Of a stretch of 64,000 nucleotides of DNA, positions 55,285 to 64,000 are shown one piece after another. This DNA comes from Octopus vulgaris (Eukaryota). The DNA is taken from NCBI GenBank assembly GCA_951406725.2, contig OX597826.1, forward strand, positions 76,818,001 through 76,882,000, in the 5' to 3' direction. The number at the start of each line of letters is the position of its first letter. Within the stretch, counting starts at the first letter, position 1. The notes below the pieces were generated by a model. That model ran no database searches, was not told the DNA's origin, and worked only from the letters and a program-made list of their open reading frames with translations. Position numbers and translations under genes: made by a program.

Positions 55285-55731
55285 AATACGTACATACATA
55301 CATACATAAATATATATATGTATATAAGTATATATTAATATATGTATATATGGATATATGTAGATACACACACACACATATTGGAAAGGTATAAAGATAG
55401 AGATATTCTAGTCAATTGTAAATAAATCTTTGAATAAGCTTGCGTAAGTTTAGCGAGACAGAGAGAGGGCACGTGTCTATGTTTGCTCGACCCCATTGGT
55501 TAGCTTTATAAGATAATAATGATGCACATGCCGTATATTTCGATTTCCCTTGGGTGAGTGTTATATCTACTTCTCACACAGACACACCGTCTGAATATAT
55601 TATAATTTCTATTTATAGTTATTTACGCTAAGTGAGGGGCTCTCCTGCAGTAATCAGCATTTTATTTTCAAACTCTTCTTCTCTCTCCCTTTCTCTCTCT
55701 CTCTCTCTCTCTGTCACACACACACACACAT

Positions 55732-55773
<42 letters not shown>

Positions 55774-56121
55774 TTAGAGATAAAACCACTATTAGGCAAA
55801 TCATACAATGAAAAATTTAAGCCAATACATAAGATTAATTAATTTATATTATTTTAAATATATATCAAAATTATTAAAAAAAGATAATTAGTATAACACA
55901 TATATATTGTTGTAATTCGGGATGGTCGTTATTATTATTATTTTAATTTTTTGTTTTGCCAAATAAACACACGCACTGTATATTCGTTCTTCACTCGTTT
56001 ATTACTGTTCTTATTCTAACTCATGTACATTGTCCAGAAATCTTTTGTCACACTTCTGTGACCGCTTCAGCGACACTTTCAGTCTTCGTGTGTCCTCCTG
56101 CTCCGCTCAGTTCATTTTATC

Positions 56122-56201
<80 letters not shown>

Positions 56202-56268
56202 CCTCGTGTGTACCGTTGGCGATTTTTTTTCCTCTGTCTTCCCTTCTCTGGATCTTTCCTTCTCCTAT

Positions 56269-56303
56269 GTTTCCGACGAAGAGCTCCGCTCGAAACGTTA
56301 AAC
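56269..56303 (+). ncRNA. Minimal hammerhead motif in a PLE-like terminal repeat, core U4 mutated
   Basis: guuu-CCGACGA-a-gagc/ucc/gcuc-GAAA-cg-UU-aaac; perfect stems I and II. Confidence 0.62.
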
Positions 56304-56421
56304 CTTCCTTCTTTCCTTCTTTCCTGAGCGTCCAATAATATTATATTTGTTCCACGTCCACGCGTTGTTGTGTTTTTTGTGCTTTCTTGTTTGGATTAAC
56401 TTTATATATATATATATATAT

Positions 56422-56647
56422 CTTTACTACCCACGAGAGGCTAAACGCAGGAAGACAAACAAGGACAGACAAACGGATTAAATCGATTACATCGACCCCA
56501 ATGCGTAACTGGTACTTAATTTACCTACCCCGAAAGGATGAAAGGCAAAGTCGACCTCGGCGGAATTTGAACTCCGAACGTAGCGGCAGACGAAATACTG
56601 CTAAGTATTTCTCCCGGCGTGCTAACGTTTCTGCCAGCTCGCCGCCT

Positions 56648-56650
<3 letters not shown>
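56422..56650 (-). mobile_element. SINE family A monomer with the alternative tail
   Basis: ctttactacccacgagaggctaaac...acaaacaaggacagacaaacggatta, the tail of the first monomer in the dimers. Confidence 0.85.
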
Positions 56651-56683
<33 letters not shown>

Positions 56684-56767
56684 TTTCGATAGTTATTTCG
56701 ATCTTGAAAGGATGGACTTGGTGCTAACTTAACTGTATCTATTTTTAGTATTTTTTTATTATTATTA

Positions 56768-56817
<50 letters not shown>

Positions 56818-57465
56818 AGTAATTTTTATTAACTTTTATAGCTTTAGAATTTTATGAACTGTACCACGGATTTAATTATTATTTTTCATCTCCATATGTG
56901 TTAGCCCTTTTTTTATATAAAAAAAACTATTAGCCAAATATGTATAATATCGGTACTTATTAATATTAATATATACACTGTTATATATTTTGTTTTATAT
57001 TGTTCTTTTACCTTCTTTTTGAGCGTCCAAATGTGTATTATATTATATAAGTGTAGCATTATGATATATGTTTTTATATTTTACATTTTTATATTTTTAT
57101 ATTTATATGTATATGATTATATATATCTTTACTAATAACAAATTTAATTTAATTCGCAGAGGGGACCAAGGGGCATCAAACTTGATTAATGCCTCATTAC
57201 ATCGACCCCTTTATGGCTAACTGGTACTAAATTATGACTGTCCTCACTGCCGAAACAGCTGTCAGTTTTGATTTATTTGCATAGTCGACCTCGGCGGAAT
57301 TTTTTACTTATATCTCTTTATCGTTTTTAGCGGCAGACGAAATACTGTATATTTCTCCCGGCATTTTAACGTATCTGCCTTTAGCTCGCCGTAATGGTGT
57401 ATATATATATATATATCATCGGATATATGATGTATATATGATATATATATGTTTCTCCATATCTC

Positions 57466-57509
<44 letters not shown>

Positions 57510-57515
<6 letters not shown>

Positions 57516-58298
57516 AGTGCCATGGGTAAATTGTCGATTTTCTACATTTAATTTTACGCATGCGCATTGTTTGTTTTTCATCTATATAGCACCACCAGTT
57601 GGGCACCGTGTGTGATAAAAACATGACCGTAAGGCAATTCAGTCTACCAGAAAATTTTAAACTATATGCTGTACTGCCTGGCATTCATGCGAGAAACTCC
57701 AATATGAACATTTCAGAGTGTTTGTGTGTCAATCTGAGGACAGTGTGATCTGAGGACATGTTCCGAGGGTGATAAAAATCAAACATCCAGTCAACATCAT
57801 GGTGTTTGGAATGATCACTTGTGATGACGACATTATACCTCCATTCATCTTCCCACATGGCCTCACACTCAACACGGACGCCTGCATCTAGTACCTGGAT
57901 CAAGAGGGTGCTTGCTGGGAGACTCTAGGTCTGGCAGTAGGACCTTGCACCATGCCACACAGGCAGGCGAACCCAGGCGACCATATAACCCCTAACATAT
58001 GGCCACCTAACTCCCTAAACTGCAACTCCCTTGATTATCATGTGTAGGGTGCAGTTGATAAACTGAAGACAAGGATTATGGCAGCATTCGCCAACTTAAA
58101 CAAGGAGTCCGCTCAGAAGAGCTGCAGAAGAATCTGAAGTCGTCTGGAGGCTGTGGTTCAAGCCAATGGCGATTTTATTGAATACTCTTTAGTATTTCAA
58201 GATATTTTTATGTAGTTTCGGTAAATATATCTGTTAAAATGCGATGTTTATGTTATTTTCATTTATGTGTAATTTAGACAATTTATTCATCACACCCT
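57510..58298 (+). mobile_element. Decayed Tc1/mariner (DD37D/maT-like) transposon with internal deletions
   Basis: KHPVNIMVFG...PPFIFPHG, VWQ*DLAPCH, WPPNS...NSLDY (58000), SRLEAVVQANGDFIE (58165); ends ...tcacaccct. Confidence 0.85.
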
Positions 58299-58552
58299 TC
58301 TTAACAATTAAGCCATACTGCGCCTACGTAAGTATAATTGTGAGTGTGTGTGAGTTGTGTGTGTGTATGTGTGGGCTTGCGCATATCTTATCTCCTGTCA
58401 TGAATGCTGTATGTGCATCTGGTCTCCCGTGAAGGAACACCGAAGCCAAGACTCTATTAGCACTTTGAATTTCAAGTAGTTTGCAGAATGGACTTCGACA
58501 CAGTTCCTAAACAATTTCCTTCACTCCTGTACTTTATATGTGGTTTGTGCGC

Positions 58553-58636
<84 letters not shown>

Positions 58637-59037
58637 ATGCGTGTGCGTGTGTGTGTGTGTGTATATGTGTGTATTCTGCTTATGACTTCAACAGTTACTT
58701 TAATTTTCGTATCATTCGGGTTGAAGCGGCCATTCTTATTTTGCTTTGGACCTCACTGTTTTGTTATTGAAGAGAAAGAATTGATCTTGATTTTATAGTA
58801 AAAATCAGTTGTTTAACGTAAATTTGAGTTTAGCTTTTCGTATCAGGTTTCCTCATACCCAGACGTGACATAATCCTCGTAAGAACATGATTTTTATTTG
58901 TCTCAGTGACTTGACATTAGCTGTTTGTAGAATTCAACATTGAACTTAGAATTCATTTCTCCTAATTTTTCTACCAAAAGGGCGCAACCATCATAACTAC
59001 GCGCGTCACACTTGACCATGACAACTAAGCAATAATG

Positions 59038-59115
<78 letters not shown>

Positions 59116-59199
59116 AGCAAAAGCCATCGATATGCAAAGAACAAACTCTGCAAATGATCACAAGTAACTCATTAGAATGTCTACAGGAATGTAGAGAAA

Positions 59200-60600
59200 C
59201 AAACCCGAAACCCGGAGCATTTTTCTCATCAGTAAACCTATTAGTACAGTCTTTGCGCCATCGAATCATTTTATTAAGTTCAACAAAGACGTCTGATATT
59301 TTGGATATTCATATGATAAAGAGCATCGTACAGTCGTAGAAACCTTCTGGCCCTCGAACTGTGTAGACTGGAGTCGCCAGAACTAGAACATAAATCGAAT
59401 ACCCTATCTACAAGGCTGCTATGTAATATGAGAAACAAATATATACCCAGGTACCATTCCGCATGTGAGAAGTAAGTTTAAAATCTTTAGTCAAAGATTG
59501 TTTTATTTTCTACATTTAAACTTTGAAGTAAAAGTCTGTTTCTGCTTTGTATATGAGAAATGGGAGTAGTTTTAGATTCTGTGTCATTGCAGATGTAAAT
59601 AGAATCGAGACAAAAGGAAAATATTTTATAGTATCTTCTGCGTAATTTCTTGGGAATTAGGTGGAGCAATTATTTGCGAGTTAGTGTTGAATTTCATAAC
59701 GTCTTAGCTATTTCGGATCTTACGGAGCGTTAAATATAAACGAGATAAATCTGGATTGTATAGAGCCAGTCTTCTTTCTACACACCGGATTGGTTTCCCA
59801 CCGGCAATAAAAACCGATGAATCTACACATCGACATTTACAACTCCGTTACTATTCAGAGTCGATAAGTGATTTTATATTTTGTATTTAATAATGAGACG
59901 TACTGGGCTATTTAAAAGATAAGTGCATGACTGTGAACACACAGAACGACTGGAAGAGTTTATGAATGAGCGACAAATCACTTCATCTATCAAAACTTTC
60001 AAAAGAGCGGAAACGATTATATTAAAATATATGATGTTGTAATAAAGGAAAAAATTATATTAATGAGAAGAGTAATCAATAAGAGGCGTATCGATGAAGG
60101 AATCAACTGAAAATATATTGGAAATATGAGGAAAATGAAGGATGTCATAAATTGCTTGGCCAAAGTGATCAGACGATGAGAGAAAAATATTAATAGTGTA
60201 TGTTGGCCGAAATTTAAATTATGTTTTAGGTTATAACTAGAGACACCGTATCTAAACATGGCAGAAATGTGAAGAGAATTCCCTGGGCAAGCAGATCAGA
60301 GTATGGAAGAAACGATTTATCAAAGCAACCTGGCCAAATTTTAAACAAAATAAATAAACGTAGAAACAAAGTTAAACGAAACGAGCGATAGATGGCGTAA
60401 ATTAACAGAGGACTTTGGTCAATGTATGACACGCGACCTCAAACACAAAACACAAACAATGCTTAAAATATCGTCTAAATGAGAAGAACAGCGAAAGAGC
60501 CTCTTCAGAATAAGACAAAAAAAATGAGCCACATTAGCGTAGAAAGCTAGTCAAAGGACGTTGAAACAGCAATTTCAAACAGATTTATCATTTCGTTGAT
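59200..60600 (+). pseudogene. Possible highly decayed RTE-like LINE
   Basis: Faint DIL.I...EHR (endonuclease) and late-RT-like patches; A-rich plus strand. Confidence 0.25.
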
Positions 60601-60864
60601 GAATTATTAACAACTTTTGGCTGTAAAGCAATTACAAAGAAGATTCACTTAACAAAGACCTAGTTCACTGTTTTGAAATCCCTCTCCCGTCTCCCATCTC
60701 ATTCCCAAACTAATTTACCCTCTCATTTCCTTTCTAATTCTCTCACTCTTTTTCCCATTGTTTCCTACTTTCACTTTATACGCCCCAAGTTTCAGTTTCT
60801 CAGTTTCACTGATTTTCTAATACAAAGATGACTTGTTTTCTTTTTGTTTTTGACACTCTTACTT

Positions 60865-60952
<88 letters not shown>

Positions 60953-61186
60953 CCCCTCTCTTTCACTCTCATACACAAACACAAATACTTGTAACCACAA
61001 ACGCATACATATCCACTCAAAATGACTCCTACACAATTTCGCTCGGAAAATCTTTTCTTCTCCAGTTGCTCCGTGCTGTGATTCTGGAAACCATTCTTCA
61101 CTAATTCTTCTTCTCCGTTTTACCTGTTTTAATAGCAGAAACATACATTTCCTTATTCATTAATAGAAACAAACAAAAACAAAATA

Positions 61187-61371
61187 TCATCATCATCACC
61201 ATCACCATCATCAACGTCGTCGTCATCATCATTATCATTACCATCACCATCATCATCATTACCATCACCATCATCCTCATCACCATCATCATCATCATCA
61301 TCACCACCATCTTCATCATCCTCATCATTACCATCATCCCCATCATCATCATTACCATCATCCCCATCATC

Positions 61372-61403
<32 letters not shown>

Positions 61404-61433
61404 CATCATCACCATCATCACTATCATCATCAC

Positions 61434-61492
<59 letters not shown>

Positions 61493-61506
61493 CCACCATC
61501 ATCATT

Positions 61507-61538
<32 letters not shown>

Positions 61539-61568
61539 CATCATCACCATCATCACTATCATCATCAC

Positions 61569-61627
<59 letters not shown>

Positions 61628-61634
61628 CCACCAC

Positions 61635-61669
<35 letters not shown>

Positions 61670-61701
61670 CCACCATCATCACTATCATCATCACCATCAT
61701 C

Positions 61702-61780
<79 letters not shown>

Positions 61781-61812
61781 CCACCATCATCATTATCACT
61801 ATCAATATCATC
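61187..61812. repeat. (CAT)n/(CAC)n trinucleotide array, ~620 bp
   Basis: Directly visible; variant caccatcatcactatcatcatcac recurs near 61410, 61545, 61672. Confidence 0.95.
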
Positions 61813-62441
61813 GTCAAGAGGAGCAGCATCGATCTATGTCAACTAATAAAAGTTATACCCGTTTACTTTCGTTACAACTCCTGTGTGTGCGTGTGTGTGT
61901 GTGTGTGTGTACTTTGCCTATATTAACCTTCCCACTCCTCAGCCACCTCCTTAGTTTTATATCCTCGTTTTGTCCATCCCGCAAATATATCATAAAATCG
62001 ATATTAGCTTAAACCCTATTCTATTTTACGTCTCTAATTCATCGTTACGCACCCCTATTCAGCCTTTCCTTACCTTTTCCGATTACGTGTGTCTAAAATC
62101 TACGACGGATTCGTAATCAACAATGGCGATGATAAAACAAAGCCGCTGATGCTCTTTCGCTCGTCCCACTTTCCGTTTCAGAGTGAACAATCGCTGTCAT
62201 GTTGTAGCTCTTCCGAAAGTCTACTTTACTCCCTCCGCTTTTGCTCATCAAGATGAATCGTTAGTCTAATAACAGTAATCGTTGTACACAGATTGTAGAG
62301 ATGAAACAAAAAACATTTGGTGTGATACTTCTCAGACCTTCTTATAAAACATCTCGTTTCAAAGTGGAGATAGTTTTTTTCCTCTTTCAAATGTCGATAA
62401 TAATCGACATAGTAGTAGTAGTAGTAGCAGCAAAAATAATG

Positions 62442-62483
<42 letters not shown>

Positions 62484-62823
62484 TCAGAGGCTAAGCTGAC
62501 ACCATATATAACCTGAAGTACAAGAAATGAAAATACGTACGACGGCTATAAGTAATAATGTCGGGAACTGCTACAAAAATGCGAACAACTAATATGAAAG
62601 CTGTTCACAAAGTTAAGAACAACAACAACAACAACAACATATGACAAGATCATTTGAATGGAAGAAAGTCAATTAAAATATCAAAAATAACAACGAAGCA
62701 ATAACAGTAAATATTACAACAAAATCCCTCAAATAAATATAAACGCCATCAGAATATTTGCAAATAAATGTCTAATGTTGTGACTTACAGGGACAGATAT
62801 TTATGCAAATATGTTTATATATG

Positions 62824-62872
<49 letters not shown>

Positions 62873-62922
62873 TTATATAATATGAATATAACATATTTCT
62901 GAAATAATAATAATAATAATAA

Positions 62923-62963
<41 letters not shown>

Positions 62964-63032
62964 TAAAAATAATAGCGTATGGAAAACACTCGGCGAGAAA
63001 CGGAAGAAAATTTGAAGAAAGAAGGAAAAAAC

Positions 63033-63066
<34 letters not shown>

Positions 63067-63068
<2 letters not shown>

Positions 63069-63582
63069 GCCCTGATGCAGTACCAGGAAGTGGCTCTCGT
63101 GGCTTCTGATCTTAACTGATTGGAAGTGTTGTCATGTGCATTGTTTTGTCTTGGTATAAAAGATGGGCTACAGCAAATATTCTGCTCAATACCACAGATT
63201 TGCTTGTCAGTTGTTTGAGCATGTTTCTTGGTGGCTGACGATATGTGCATCTCTGATCACGAGCAGAAGTAGTGGGGGAGCATCATAGCCATGTGTCGAG
63301 AGGGATTCTTTGGGGTTTGAATAATCCACATTTGGAAACATGGGTGTTTCGTTCAACATCTTTAAACAACCCTTATTCAGGGACCTTTTGAGCAGTATGG
63401 GTTACTCGAACAGAATAAAATTCTAACTGGGCCCCATCTGCAAGGTCATGTGCTGTTTATCTTGATATCAGATCACCACGTAGCGCATATATGGTTGTGA
63501 TGCATGTGCCTGGTGTACCCCTATCAGACGGGTAGTCATGATGGGTATACTGGGCTTCGTATATTTTACCCCAGTTTCACTC
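63067..63582 (-). mobile_element. ~515-bp non-coding insertion inside a (TAA)n tract
   Basis: Sharp boundaries with (TAA)n on both sides; no TIRs, no tRNA head; strand inferred from a structured end at 63506-63576. Confidence 0.55.
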
Positions 63583-63586
63583 AATG

Positions 63587-63647
<61 letters not shown>

Positions 63648-64000
63648 TAATAATAATAATAATAATAATAATGATAATAATAATAATAATAATAATTTAT
63701 TGTTGTTAGTATTATTATTATTATCATCATCATCATTATCATTTTTATATCTGTGTGTATGCATGTAAGTATGTATGTATAAACACATACATATGTACCA
63801 CATCCACGTGCAGTCGGTCTCATGTGAGTATACGCACGTGCTGAGCTTGTATGTACAGATATATAAGGATTATGTACAAATAAGTGTATGCGCGCGCGCG
63901 CGCGCGCGTGTGTGTGTGTGTGAGTGCTAGACTGTACGAATATACACGAGTGTCTGTGTGCGAATATTAAGATGTTTAAGTAGGTAGCATGTTGTCGGAT

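Noticed and set aside
61005-61125. Host exon on the minus strand (homeobox-like VKNGFQNH, or VKRRRRISEEWFPESQHG)
   Set aside because: The homeodomain W and RR are absent; the other frame resembles RTE RT 'E..LPESQ.GFR...IF.AR' better, and neither reading is secure.

Overview
Eukaryotic, AT-rich, repeat-dominated DNA with no convincing host protein-coding exon, rRNA, intact tRNA or CRISPR array. The SINE repertoire and microsatellite density point to a coleoid cephalopod, probably Octopus (inference from recalled repeat families, not a search). Most ORF-track entries are translations of microsatellites or tandem repeats. Contents: at least four tRNA-headed SINE families (several with target-site duplications, one dimeric form, tail-swapped variants); three non-autonomous Helitrons; Tc1/mariner and piggyBac-like MITEs; a decayed DD37D-type transposase; Penelope-like element (PLE) remnants including a GIY-YIG domain and several minimal type I hammerhead ribozyme motifs; and fossil R4/Dong-type and RTE-type LINEs. 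The most striking structure is a ~6.7 kb array (~43903-50622, roughly 197 copies) of a CpG-rich 34-bp unit with higher-order duplications. It appears to interrupt a decayed R4/Dong-type reverse transcriptase exactly in its 'W-ID..K.FD' motif, and both junctions resemble the unit. Coordinates were read by eye and may be off by a few bases.
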